A stretch of DNA of 64,000 nt from Eledone cirrhosa (Eukaryota), in contig OZ024747.1 of the NCBI GenBank assembly GCA_964016885.1, forward strand, positions 24,304,001-24,368,000, given 5' to 3'. A model generated the notes under the pieces. It was not told the origin of the DNA. It searched no databases and worked only from the letters and a program-made list of their open reading frames with translations. The first letter of the stretch is position 1. Every line of letters starts with the position of its first letter. Positions 1-13,614 of the stretch are shown piece by piece. The translations under genes and the position numbers were made by a program.

Positions 1-958
1 GTCTTTTTATCGTGACACCTACATGACCACTTTACAGTGTGGACTGGGTCTTTTTGTCATGACACCTACATGACCACTTTACAGTGTGGACTGGGTCTTT
101 TTGTCGTGACACCTACATGACCACTTTATAGTGTGGACTGCGTCTTTTTATCGTGACACCTACATGACCACTTTACAGTGTGGACTGGGTCTTTTTGTCA
201 TGACACCTACATGACCACTTTACAGTGTGGACTGGGTCTTTTTGTCATGACACCTACATGACCACTTTACAGTGTGGACTGGGTCTTTTTGTCATGACAC
301 CTACATGACCACTTTACAGTGTGGACTGGGTCTTTTTATCATGACACCTACATGACCACTTTACAGTGTGGACTGGGTCTTTTTGTCATGACACCTACAT
401 GACCACTTTACAGTGTGGACTGGGTCTTTTTATTGTGACACCTACATGACCACTTTACAGTGTGGACTGGGTCTTTTTATCGTGACACCTACATGACCAC
501 TTTACAGTGTGGACTGGGTCTTTTTGTCGTGACACCTACATGACCACTTTACAGTGTGGACTGGGTCTTTTTGTCGTGACACCTACATGACCACTTTACA
601 GTGTGTACAGGGTCCTTTTATCGTGACACCTACATGACCACTTTACAGTGTGGACTGGGTCTTTTTGTCATGACACCTACATGACCACTTTATAGTGTGG
701 ACTGGGTCTTTTTGTCATGACACCTACATGACCACTTTACAGTGTGGACTGGGTCTTTTTGTCATGACACCTACATGACCACTTTACAGTGTGGACTGGG
801 TCTTTTTGTCGTGACACCTACATGACCACTTTACAGTGTGGACTGGGTCTTTTTATCGTGACACCTACATGACCACTTTACAGTGTGGACTGGGTCTTTT
901 TATCGTGACACCTACATGACCACTTTACAGTGTGGACTGGGTCTTTTTGTCATGACAC
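1..958. repeat. 47-bp minisatellite (~20 copies, truncated at the window edge)
   Basis: Unit gacacctacatgaccactttacagtgtggactgggtctttttgtcat recurs at 14, 61, 108 and onward. Confidence 0.97.
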
Positions 959-1461
959 CATGTGTAACTAACGCATACACTACCTACTAGATCTGTCTAT
1001 CAAACTATCCTCTTGCATTATCTGTGTTATCTGCCAAATGTATTTTAATTTTGATTTTGATTTTGAATTTGAATTGCTGTACAAAGATAGTATAGTATAA
1101 TATATGTCACTCCACTGTACATCAATATATATATGTATCTGTATGTCTCTTGCGTTGGAAAGGAGGTCAATTATATGTACAAGCATTGAAAAATGCTCCG
1201 AAGATTCTAAGCCTAGGTTTGGATGAAACAATTGTAAGTGAATAAATGCTTTGAACATAGCTTTGATTCTTGTGAATTCTAAATATACATATATATATAT
1301 ATAGGTATTTATATACGTATATGTATATATATATACATATATGTATATATATATACATATATGTATATATATATACGTATATATGTATATGTATATATAT
1401 ATATGTATATATATATACGTATATATGTATATGTATATATATATACGTATATATGTATATG

Positions 1462-1609
<148 letters not shown>

Positions 1610-2199
1610 TATATATGTATATATATATATATACATATATACATATATATATATATGTATGGTCCCGTAACTCCTGATATAGTTGTAGGGGCGCTGTATT
1701 CACATATAGCGCTTCTTGGGCATTTAAAAGCTTGGCAAAGCCCATCCCTCTCCAGGTCTAAGTACACCATATTTTGTCCAGAAAGAGGAAGAATCAACCT
1801 CAGTACTAGACTGGTACTTGTTTTAATGACCTCAAAAAGATGAATGGCAAATTTGACTTCGGCCTGATTTGAACTCAGAGAGCAAAGCCAGAACAAATAC
1901 CATAAAGCATTCTATCCGATGTTCTAATGTTAATTCTCTGCCTATATATCCAAAATCCAGGGCCTTTTCATTCCTGTTGGAAGAACCCCTCCCTAGTTGA
2001 CCTCCACTGCTTCCTAGCTCTGGTCATATGAGGTCGAAGTATTGGGTCAGATCATCTGACTTTTGGCAACCCTCTGGTTCTTCTCCACTGCCTTGGTGTC
2101 CACTTGTCACTCTCATAGCCCACCTGTTGTCTCTGAAAGGAGAGACATGGCTCTACCCCTCTATGTTTGCTCTTCTTGATTATGTCCTTCATGCCAAAA

Positions 2200-2446
2200 A
2201 AAAAAATATATAGTCCACGCTGTAATGTGGTCATGTAGGTAACACGGTAAAAAGCTCCCAGTCCACACTGTAAATGTGGTTGGTGTTAGGAAGGGCATCC
2301 AGCTGTAGAAAACCTGCCAGATAGTCCTATATGAGCGAGACACGGTCACCCGACCAATCTTGCCTCAAATGGGACAAGCCCGTCTAACCCATGCTAGTGT
2401 GGAAGATAGACGTTAAACAACGATGATGATGATGATGATGATGATG
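2200..2446 (+). mobile_element. RTE-LINE-type 3' UTR / SINE tail copy ending in (TGA)n
   Basis: Contains ggttggtgttaggaagggcatccagctgtagaaa and aacccatgctag..gacgttaaac(gat)n. Similar copies at ~7215-7481, 31460-31810, 33340-33678, 40880-41170 and (minus) 28960-29190. Confidence 0.8.
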
Positions 2447-2559
2447 CCAGTCTGCTGTCGAATCCAGGTGTTGCTCTCCCTGTAACATAGACATATACAC
2501 GGGCATATATGTGAAAGCTGGAGATATATTAATTGAATATGCTCCATTGGATGTGCAAT

Positions 2560-3000
2560 GTTAGTGTACATGAACGATGAGGCATGGATGAACTGAGAGA
2601 AAAACTGGGTATATATAATAGGAGTCAGATGTGGTGTGCATGAGAGGAAATTGTGCTAGTATGGCCATGTAATGTGTATTGATGATGATCATTGGGTGAA
2701 GATGTGCCAGGAGTAACTATTGGAAAGAAGTTGCAGATAAGGAAGACCGAGAAGGAACTGTGTAGAGATGGTGGAAGCTCTTTGCACACATGTATCATAT
2801 AACCATCTTTTCCTTTGTAGAGAGAAATCTTTTGTTATCAACAGCAGTAGTAGATCCCTAAGCTTTTTCCTTTTTGTTCTTATTGTAGCTCCTGTACATC
2901 CAAAGTACACTTCCTCTACTGTTAATCAGATTACCTAGGTAACAGAAGCTATCAACTACATCTACGGAGCTTTCTGTAGTGGCTCTTTTCTAGAGCATCA
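2560..3000. mobile_element. Degenerate RTE-clade LINE ORF fragments in both orientations
   Basis: Plus strand: ELREKLG..RCGV..YGHVM..GRPR-like with stops. Minus strand: VDVVDSFCYLGNLINS-like RT thumb motif. Confidence 0.7.
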
Positions 3001-3131
3001 ATTTTTCCTTGTAACAATTAATGAATATACTGCTCTGCCTGTCATTGGGTACAACACCATACATACATACATACATACATACATACATACATACATACAT
3101 ACATACATACATACATACATACATACATACA

Positions 3132-3201
<70 letters not shown>

Positions 3202-3239
3202 TTAATGGATTGTAACCTTATATTACCAACAGTATACAT

Positions 3240-3282
<43 letters not shown>

Positions 3283-3525
3283 AAAATCAATCTGTTGAAG
3301 AGTTATCTGTTATTCTTTGGATTTTGAAACTGCAGTAAGGATAATTTTTTATCCCTAGGGAAAGATGCTTCTACAGTAATCTACCTTTTAGTGATTTTGT
3401 ATAAGATGTTCAATATGTATTTACTTCTCTGAATGAGATTATTATAGCGATCTCTTTTCATTGAGATGTTATGTATATTCTGACAAATTTACTTACGCAT
3501 AATATATATATATATACACACACCC

Positions 3526-3558
<33 letters not shown>

Positions 3559-3944
3559 TACAAATATACATACATACATATATATAAATACACACACATG
3601 CATACATATATACATACATACATATATATAAATACACACACACGCATACATATATATACATACACACACACATATATATACATACACACACACACATATA
3701 TATATATACACATGTATACATACACACACACACACATGTATATATATGTATACATATATACATACATACATACATACATACATACATACATACACACTAA
3801 CCCATCCTAGTGTGGAAGATGGACGTTAAACGAAGATGATGATGATGATATACATACAAATATGTATATATATACACATACACATATATATATATATATA
3901 TACAACTACATATATATATATAGAGATACATATATATAATATAT

Positions 3945-4282
3945 ATCATCATCATTTCATTTTACGTCCGCTTTTTCCCTGCTTGCAAGGGTGGGACGGG
4001 AACTGATTTTGGCTTGATTTCTACAGCTGGATGCATTTCCTAACACCAACCTCATTTACAGTGAGTGCTGGGTGCTTTTTTGCCGTGGCACCTCCACAAC
4101 CACTTTGCAGTGGAATATAGGGACCCCAGTCCCTATCATCTCATTTCTACAGCTGAGTAAACTGGAGCAATGTGAAATAAAGTGTCTTGCTCAAGGAAAC
4201 AACATATCACCCGGTCTGAGAATTGAACTCACAACCTTTCGATTGCAAGGCCAATGCTCTAACCACTAAGCCATGTGCCTCC
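3945..4282 (-). mobile_element. tRNA-derived SINE, family A (CORE-like body, internal hairpin, RTE-like tail)
   Basis: On the minus strand: box A TGGCTTAGTGG, box B GAGTTCAATTC, body ccttgagcaagacactttatttcac, and a (TGA)n tail. Near-identical copies occur elsewhere in the window. Confidence 0.9.
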
Positions 4283-4418
4283 TTATATAGCATATAAATA
4301 TATTATATATATATATATAGCATATATATATATAATATATATATATAGCATATATATACATCCACTCATACATATACATATTTATATAGGAAGGTGTAGA
4401 GCGGGTGGATATACTTAC

Positions 4419-4549
4419 AGATCATTGTAAAGCAATGCAAGTTCATTACGAGCATTAATCAAGAATGCATTTGTTCGGCCTGGATGGTCAACATCATGGA
4501 TAATGGCGGAAATGAGGCAGGAGATTTCTTCCATCTGGTCAAAGACAGC
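4419..4549 (-). CDS. PDE8: PDE8 exon (131 nt; [43 protein letters not shown])
   Basis: tcttttgtcattgcag acceptor and gtaagt donor; PDE signature HDxDHPGxxNxF and LAxLYND; phase 0 to 2. The remaining catalytic exons lie beyond position 1. Confidence 0.97.
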
Positions 4550-4986
4550 CTGCAATGACAAAAGACAAAGAGATTCTCTTGTAGAAGAAGTTCTAAAGAA
4601 TCAGTTAATGTATCTTAATGAAATGTTAAACAATAAAATATAAAGTTTGTTAATAACAAGTAATTTATCTGCTATGTTGTGTTATGCCATTTCATCGACT
4701 TATTGACCCCCATTACTGACATTGCCACAGTAAATACAATAAAAACATCAGTTTAAGATCTAGTTATTGGTGGCACTGAATTGGCAGTGTCGTTAGAACA
4801 TATGATTAAATGCCAAAGTATTTGTTCTGTCTCTTTAGATTCTGAGTTCAAATACTGCCAAGGTCAACTTTGCTTTTCATCATTTCGGGGTCAGGGTTGA
4901 TCAATAAAGTACCAGTCCAGGAGTGATAGATTGACAGAATTGTTAAAGTGTTGGTGGAGGTGCTTTGTTGTATTTGTATTCATTAA

Positions 4987-5191
4987 CCCTTTAGCATTTA
5001 AACTGGCCATATCTGGCCAGAATTCTCTCACCTCTTTCTGTTCAAACTGGCTATAACTGACCAGTCATACTTATGTTAAGGTATTGTTATCAAAATAAAT
5101 AATATCAAAATCTCAGTTTGATATTATGTGAGGTAAAGCCTTTACCATGAAAATACAATAGTATATATAGAGTAATGTAAATGCTAAAGGG
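4987..5191. mobile_element. piggyBac-like MITE
   Basis: TTAA|CCCTTTAGCATTTA...TAAATGCTAAAGGG|TTAA, i.e. TIRs plus a TTAA target duplication. Confidence 0.88.
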
Positions 5192-6293
5192 TTAAACTGA
5201 GATATGATAGTTGGGTCATGTGTTGAGGAAGGTTGGAAGTGACTGGGTGAGAAGAATAGATCCTGCGTTGAATGTTTTGGAGAAAAATAGAATGAGATGG
5301 TTGAGTCATGTGTTGAGGAAGAATGAAAGTGACTGGGTGAGGAGAACAGAGCCAGTGGTAAATAAGATGACTGGATCATGTGTTTAAGAGGGATAAAAGT
5401 GATTAGGTGAGAAAAACAGAACCAGTGGTGAATGAGATGGTTGGATCATGTGTTAAGGAAAGATGAAATTGGGTGAGAGGAGTGATGGAAATGAATATAG
5501 AAGGAAAATAGCTTTAAAACACTTGTAAAGTGGGATAAACATTGGGCTTTGCTGACCCGCATCTGTGCAAACCAGAAGAAAAAAAGGATGTAAAATGCAG
5601 ACTCTAGCATATTCATTACAATCGCTCTATGGCTTGATTCTTTGTTTTGTGTCATACAGACAAGCAGTAATTGTTGGGTTGATCCAGCTCTAGCTGGTGA
5701 ACCCAGAACATTGTGAATAGAGGCCACCCATGCATACAATGACAGGCATTTGACATAGATATTAGATGCCACCATGAATGTAAAGAACAAGATATTAGTT
5801 CAAGATCTGACTTGATCATGTTAATCCATGTTTTAAACTGTTTGCTCCACCATTTACACCACCCCAATGAAGGGTTCTGGTGTGACTGCACACAGGTACT
5901 TCACCTCATGAATGGTGGGGTGTGTGATGAAACCAGCTGAGGCATATTTGTAGGAATTGTTAGAAGGAATTGATCTGACAATGATGAGGAATTTCTGAGT
6001 GTGGTAGAAAATCCTATGCTCAAACATGGAACTGGTGAAGGCAAAACTGATCAAAAACTTCCAGCTTATGTAAATCTATCACACAAAGTCACATCTTGCT
6101 GCTATAGAGGAGGATGGTGCAAACAAATGCTCAATAGATGCTGCATTCTGTTGTCACCAAAGCTAGCAGTGGTCTAGGTAAAAAATCTGCATCATCATCA
6201 TCATCATCATCATCGCTATCATCTATCATATTGACATGTAGGTTAAGAAATAGTTTAGAAGAAGAAATTATGTAGGAAATATGGTGGCCATAC

Positions 6294-6492
6294 TTTGTAT
6301 TTGAGTTGTTCCAAGAAGAAGGCTGTTGCATGCAGAACATCAGCAGCATGAGTAGAGTTGTGATAGGAATTTGAGGCATGGTACTTAGACTCAATTGTCT
6401 GTAACCAGTTCATAAGACAGGTTTCACTGATATGAAGTACCTCACAGGCTCCAAATCGCAGTAAGATCTTTAACCCTAAATATACAAGGGGC
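6294..6492 (-). CDS. PDE8: PDE8 exon (199 nt; [66 protein letters not shown])
   Basis: cctcttctctttttag acceptor and gtatgg donor; class I PDE metal-binding motif YHNxxHAADV; phase 2 to 0. Confidence 0.97.
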
Positions 6493-6589
6493 CTAAAAAG
6501 AGAAGAGGAAAGAAAAATGAAATATAATTAGATTAAATTTTAAATATCAATACAAAAATATCTAAAAATAAGTTGGATACATGTGCACA

Positions 6590-6629
<40 letters not shown>

Positions 6630-7161
6630 TACATACAAGCACACACACACACATACACACGCACAGCATACATCATTTAAATATATAGTTTATGCATATA
6701 AAATTATACTTACATGTGCATAAACATATGTAAACACACACAAACACATATATTATATAATAACATGTGTACATGTGATGTTCAACTTCTTTCTCTTGTG
6801 GAAGTAAGAGTGTTCTCACTGACATAAAATTATGGTTGTGTTGTTGATGTTGGTGGTGTTGGTATTGTTAGTGATGGTGCTGCTGTTGTTTGTTGTTGCT
6901 GCTGCAGCTACATGTGTTGTTGCTACTAATACAGCTGTTGTGTTAGCTTTCCCTTCTTGTAATCTTTCCACAATTCAATATAATATAGGTACTAATCTAT
7001 CTTTAAGTGCACTGCGTGCATGGTATTAGAGAAACTTAACGATAGTACACCTATACACACACATACACACTATATATATATATATACCCACTCTACTACC
7101 CTAAGTATTGAGTACTCTGGTGCGTTATGGTCTACCTGGTATCTTACCACACCCTCTTTGT

Positions 7162-7194
<33 letters not shown>

Positions 7195-7915
7195 ATATAT
7201 ATTTATATATATTATAAGGTGGTTGTGTTGATGACACGACAAAAGCTCACAGTCCACCCTATAAAATGGTCATGTTGGTGACATGAAAAAAGTACCCTGA
7301 CCACACTAAAAAGTACCCAGTGTACAATTTAAATATTATTGCTACTAGAAAGGCTATCTAGCTGTAGAAACCAAGCCAGAAACAGTTCTGTATGAGCAAG
7401 ACATGGTCATCTGGTCTGACTTGTCTCACAATGGGAGAACTTGTCCAAGACAAGGACATTAAACGGTGATGATGATGATGATATATGTCTGTGTGTGATG
7501 ATTTAAATATATATATATTCATATATATATACATATAGAGAGACCTCCTTCAGTCACAAATCACCATGAGCTCTGCACCTAGAAAGTTTCCCCCCAGGTC
7601 AAAAAGTCTGGGCAAGATTTTTGAGGTAGACGAGCAGTTGTCCACACATTCCAGCCTCCCCCTCTCCATGCCACTGATGTTGCCCAAGGGAGATGCAAAG
7701 CTGATACAGCTTGGCATCAGTGACATCGCAACTCATTTCTACATGTAAGTAAACTCGAGTAACGTGAAATAGGACACAACACAGTGCCCAGTCAAGGAAT
7801 CAAACTCACAATTGTAAGCCGTAGACATTAAATAAATATATATATATATACACACATACATATATGCACACACACATACACACACATATATGTGTGTGTG
7901 TATGTGTGTATATCT

Positions 7916-8588
7916 GCATATGTTTATATACATATATGTATGTGTGTGTGTGTATCTATGTATTTAAGTTTAAAAAATATAATATAATAATGCTAAAATC
8001 TTAAACTAGAATTGATAAGAAAAAATTTTTTTTCTAGTGAAGTGTATAATCATTTTTGAAAGAATTACCAAAGATATTCTCTATGACATTGTAACTATTT
8101 GAAAATTGGATATCTACTTATGTACATATATGTATATATAACCAAGATGATATTTACCAAAAAGAAGAACAAGTCAACATCATTGGATACCATCAGAGTT
8201 GCAGGTGTTATATCAGAGTTTTCCTTCCCCTAGAATTCTGCCTTGACAAAGGCTAAGGGGTCATCTCTCCCAGTGATTTTGGATGGCCATTGACTCTTAT
8301 ATACATATATACATACATACATACATATGTGTGTGTGTGTGTGTGTGTGTAAATATATATGTTTGTTTATATACATATATGTACATAAGTAGATATCCAA
8401 TTTTCAATTAGTTACAATGTCATAGAGAATATCTTTGGTAATTCTTTCAAAAATGATTATACACTTCACTGGAAAAAAATATTTTTCTTATTAATTCTAG
8501 TTTAAGATTTTAGCATTATTATATTATATTTTTTAAACTTAAATACATAGATACACACACATACATATACGTATATAAACATATGCAC
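7916..8588. repeat. Long inverted repeat (arms ~7916-8141 and ~8366-8588)
   Basis: The arms are near-perfect reverse complements, e.g. gaaagaattaccaaagatattctctatgacattgtaact versus agttacaatgtcatagagaatatctttggtaattctttc. Confidence 0.93.
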
Positions 8589-8924
8589 ATATATATATAT
8601 ATACATATACACACACATATATGTATATAAACATATTCACATATATATACACACACACACATATATGTATATAAACATATACACACACACATATATGTAT
8701 ATAAACATATGCACACACACACATATATGTATATAAACATAAGCACATATATATATACACACACACATGTATGTATATAAACATATGCACATATATACAC
8801 ACACATATGTATATAAACATATGCACATATACACACACACACACATATATGTATATAAACATATGCACATATATATACACACACACATATATACACGCAC
8901 ACACATATATACACACACACATAT

Positions 8925-8955
<31 letters not shown>

Positions 8956-9020
8956 CACACACAAATATATATACACACACCCACATATATATACACACAC
9001 ACATATATATATATATACAC

Positions 9021-9087
<67 letters not shown>

Positions 9088-9682
9088 TATATATACACAC
9101 ACATATATATACACATACATATATATATATACATATATATATACATATACGTATATGTATATACATATATATATATACACACACATACATATATATATAT
9201 ATATCATCATCATCATCATCACTGTTTAACGTTGATTTTCCATGCTTGCATGTGCTATGCGGGTTGTTACATACTGAGGTTAGACTAGGTAGATGACTAT
9301 ATCTTTCCCATATGCTTCGTTTTTGGTTTAGTTTACAACTTAATGCCATTCTTAATGCCAACTACATTACAGCACTAAAAACATTTTATTCCAACTCCAG
9401 TAAGATTAAGTGCTTTTTGTCATGGCGCAGGCACCAGCACCTCACTGTGCCAACTGAGTAAGTTTCATCTTGGTACCAGCATTACTATAATCAGAGAGGG
9501 TGTATGGTAGTTTATAAATGTTTTTACACCTCTCTGCTTATGATTCACCTTGCAGGATGAAAAACAAACCCTGTCAAAGGATGGAGGAACTCGGTGGAGT
9601 CAATGGCCATACAATAAAGTTGCTTTTGTTTTGTTTTGTGGAACGAGAGACTCCTAGTCTTCATTAAGACATCTCTTTAGGA

Positions 9683-10020
9683 CAGAGGTTCTCAAAGTGG
9701 GCGTTGCCGCCCCTCGGTGGCGCGTTGAGAAGGTCCAGGGGTTTGCTAGGGTCTAAGGGGGAAGTAGAGAAGATATAATAGTATATTAAATATCAAATGA
9801 TACATATTATATATAAATATAGTAAAATAAAAATATATAATATTTATTTATACATAGTATATATTATATTATTTATTATTTATAAATTAACGATTTTATT
9901 TATTATATGTTATTTACAGCTTGTGTGTAGGTAGGTCTCTCTGGAAATAGGGGAGGGTGGTGCTGAGGGTATTATGTGGCTGTGAGGGGGGTGGGGGCCG
10001 TAAAAGTTTGAGAACCTCTG
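9683..10020. mobile_element. hAT (Charlie-like) MITE
   Basis: 14-bp TIR CAGAGGTTCTCAAA at both ends and an exact 8-bp TSD CTTTAGGA (9675-9682 and 10021-10028). Confidence 0.93.
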
Positions 10021-10460
10021 CTTTAGGAGAAGGTCACTCTGATATAAAACATGTGACTTGGTTTCATCCAATGTTGTAGACCAGTTTTTTCTTTTTGGGC
10101 AAAAGCATTTGATGTTCAGAGAATGGGATTGGCCCCATGCAAAGCCTTTCCTCACTTAAAATAGCTTCAAGCACAGGCATCTCTGGATATGTGACATTTT
10201 TTGCAATGCCCGGTATTGCTGGCCATAGGCAAGGCTCCAGCAGGACTAAAATGCCACGTCCATGCTACTCATGCTTTGCTTAAGTATCAAGCGAAGCAAT
10301 GGCATTACTCAAAATCGAGTTGAGTCCAGAATTAGCCGTCGAAACGGCTTGAGCTCAGCCGTCGGGGTCTTACTTGTTCCTATTACCCACTCTACTACCC
10401 TAAGTATTGAGTACTTTGGTGCATTATGGTCCACCTGGTTCCTTACCACATTTCCTTTGT

Positions 10461-10494
<34 letters not shown>

Positions 10495-10585
10495 TATATA
10501 TGTTTATCCCGGGTTCAATCAGGGGTAACCACAGTAAGTAAGGTACTCAATACATAGCAGAGTATACATTTTTAATATAGAAATG

Positions 10586-10635
10586 GCTTCTACAGGACTA
10601 GAACTGTTTCATTCAAAGGAAATCATCAGGAAAGC
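10586..10635 (-). ncRNA. Minimal type I hammerhead ribozyme-like motif (Penelope-like element relic?)
   Basis: GCTTTC-CTGATGA-TTTC/CTTT/GAAT-GAAA-CAG/TTCTAGTC/CTG-TA-GAAGC: intact core, stem III and GUA triplet; stem II base is mismatched. Confidence 0.55.
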
Positions 10636-10718
10636 GGGCTTTTACATATATATATATGTGTGTGTGTGTGTGCATGCACATACATGTATGCATGCACATA
10701 CATGTATACATGCACATA

Positions 10719-10752
<34 letters not shown>

Positions 10753-10902
10753 TTTTAATATATTACTACCACAAATGTTTCCTTATTTTTTCTCTCTGTC
10801 AAACGAATGTTTATTACAAATACGTCGCAGGAGGGAATTCAAGAATAAAAAATTGAAAGAACAGAGTGTATTAGAATACATGGAATAGTTATTAGTGTTT
10901 AC

Positions 10903-11041
10903 CTGTTGTTTGTAACTTTCTCCAGATCTATGATATTAAAGCACCAGGAGTTCTCTGTTTCCAGTATCAACTGGATCTTCTCTGGTATCTGATTCAAGAA
11001 TGTTGTTGGACTTGATGGAATGTGGTAATGTGGGTGATGGG
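10903..11041 (-). CDS. PDE8: PDE8 exon (139 nt; HHPHYHIPSSPTTFLNQIPEKIQLILETENSWCFNIIDLEKVTNNR, start of catalytic domain)
   Basis: gtctttgacag acceptor and gtaaac donor; WxFNIxxLExxTxxR motif of the PDE catalytic N-terminus; phase 1 to 2. Confidence 0.93.
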
Positions 11042-11789
11042 CTGTCAAAGACACAACACTCATGTTAGATATTCCATAAACAGACATTACATACTTTGAC
11101 ATAGTGGTTTATGTTTACATATATGAAGAAAAACAAATATTTGGTTAATAGTACAGGAGTGGCTGTGTGGTTAAGGAGTTTGCTCCATAACCATATGGTT
11201 TCTAGTTCAATCCTACAGCATGGTACTTTGAGCAAATGTCTTCTACTATATTTACCAATGCTTTGTGGGTGAAATTTGGTAGACGAAAACTGAGAAGAAG
11301 CTCATATATGAAACATATATATATATATATATACATATAAGAAGCAAAGAAAATAATTCAATGATCTGAAAAGATATCCAGGAGGAAGTCTAAAATGTTA
11401 AGAACCTCTTCCTGCTATTTCAAGCATTAAACTAATATATTCCTTCCATATATTGTGCCGTTTTGTTATTTCTGATTACCTTTTACAAACATATATATAT
11501 ATAATTTTTCTGATATAATCTTTAATATATTTTCTGATATTCCATTTTAATAATTATTTTTTCCTTTAAAATCAGGTATAATAACATCTACTTAATATTA
11601 GCAGGGATCACAGAGTATTCATAACAAAAATGGAGAGTGATATAATAATTTAACAAATGTTTCACTAGCTTTTGATCATATCTTATTGTCAAAACATATT
11701 CTCTCATATACCTACTCCATAATTCTGCATTGCTTTCATTTCCATAACAAACATGAACCTAAGTTAAATTTATTATTTAATTTATTACG

Positions 11790-11978
11790 GGCGGTGGATT
11801 GGCAGTATCGGTAGAGAGTCGGACACCATTCTTTGAAGCATAGAGTTACGTCCCTTTATGATCTGAGTTCAAATCCCGCCGAGGTTAACTTTGCCTTTCA
11901 TCCTTACGGGGTCGATAAAATAAAGTACCAGTAATGTACTGGATAATTGCTGGCCTTGTGCCTAAAATAGAAACAATT
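11790..11978 (+). mobile_element. tRNA-derived SINE, family B (central gcctttcatcc..ggggtcgataaa..aagtaccag domain)
   Basis: Head ggcggtggattggcag..gagttcaaatcccgcc followed by the conserved central block. Many copies in the window. Confidence 0.85.
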
Positions 11979-12583
11979 ATTTAATTTATTACTCTAACCG
12001 TTTCCTTTTCATGCCAGTTGCCATCGAGGCCTCTGGTGTCCTTAGTTTCTCTGCTGTCGTTTTCCACTACAAAATTGGGAGGAGTAAATCTTGCCTGAGG
12101 AAGAGACCGCATGAGGTAGAGTGGCTGATGTAGTGAGAATTGCTGGCTGTTCTCCACATCAATGCCGTCATCATTTTGTCCATGTGGTGCAACTGATACA
12201 GAACTTAAACTAGGGTGTTGAGTCAACCCCCCCCCCCTTTCTCTTTCACTATTTCTTTTGTATTTTATTTGTCTTAATATACAAGCGTTGAATTGTAAAT
12301 TTCTTTCTTCTATTTTAAAATAAAATTACAATTCATTTAGTTGTATTCTGCAAGGGTCAGCCTATCATATAATCCCTAAAGAATCACCTCTACTATTAGT
12401 ATTGACTTCTGAGATATAAATATTAAAACATAAATAAGTAACATCATGTATATGTAGCTGATATCTTAGATCTTTTATGAAGTGCTGAGGGAATAAAGTT
12501 AATATAAAGAATGTTGTGCTCATGCACAGAGATGCTATAAAATAGAAAAAGAAGTTGCCACCAGCTGCTTTTTCTGTTTTTAA

Positions 12584-12805
12584 CCCTTTAGTATTTAAAC
12601 CAGCCATTTCTGGCCAGGATTCTCTCACTTCTTTCTGTTCAAACTGGCCATAACTGGCCCCTTATATCGACATAAAGGTTATTCTTCTCAAAATAAATAA
12701 TATCAAAATCTCATAGATTCGATATTATATGAGAAAATTATGTAAGATGAAATCTTTACCACAAAAATAAAATAGTAACTATAGAGTAATGTAAATGCTA
12801 AAGGG
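12584..12805. mobile_element. piggyBac-like MITE
   Basis: TTAA TSD with CCCTTTAG..CTAAAGGG ends; same body as 4987-5191. Confidence 0.88.
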
Positions 12806-13614
12806 TTAAGGCTCTTCACCAGATTTTATTAGCTATTTATAGCATCTCCGCACATAAGCATACCATTCTTTATATAAATAAGTACATTTTCTTCTTGGTT
12901 GTTTTAGTTATTATAAACCTTAACAACACTACATATATTCCATTGAACCTATTCAACCACCAAACTTCTTTAGATCCTACCTAATTATTTCTTCAATTTT
13001 TTTCTATTTCAGTTTCATGCTCTTTGTATATAGATGCCTGTGTTTATAGACTTTAATGCGCTTTTAATTACCTTGTGTCTATATTACATACATGACACAG
13101 CTATATATTTATATCTTTAGATGTTTTTTTACATATTTATGTTTTCTTAATATTATCATATTTTTATATTCCTCACTTTTTACTTTGTATCTTACACACT
13201 TTTCTATTTTTAATTTTATCTGAAATGAATGGATTCAAAAAGGCACTCAGTATCAAAGTGATCTCCAAACAAGTATCCTACTCTACTAACTAGCTTAACC
13301 TCTGCCCCAGGGTCCTGGCCAACAGGATAGAGAATGCATTGCCCTGGAGGATGGTAAAGGAGACACACTGGAAGAGCCACTTCACCTTGTGGGGCTTGCA
13401 CCTGTGGGCGACCAACTCCACTATGATATAGGGAGTAAGGATGTGGTCCTGATGCTTAGAATGTCAGAAGTTTCCATTGCTACAGTCTCAAACTACAAAC
13501 CTATCCCAGAGTGGCCGATACTTGGACAGTTTTCCCTCTTCGGCTTGGTGGGCAGCAGAGCCTGGGTTGGTAACCAAATGCACCAGGTTGCCACTTGAGT
13601 AGGTTGGGTGAGGC

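Noticed and set aside
4200-4282. tRNA-like sequence with A and B boxes
   Set aside because: It lacks a proper acceptor stem and continues into the SINE body; it is a SINE head, not a tRNA gene.
5500-6190. Complex non-repetitive stretch between two catalytic exons
   Set aside because: No PDE similarity or recognisable motif in any frame, and exons 6294 and 4549 join in phase without it; probably an old TE and left unassigned.
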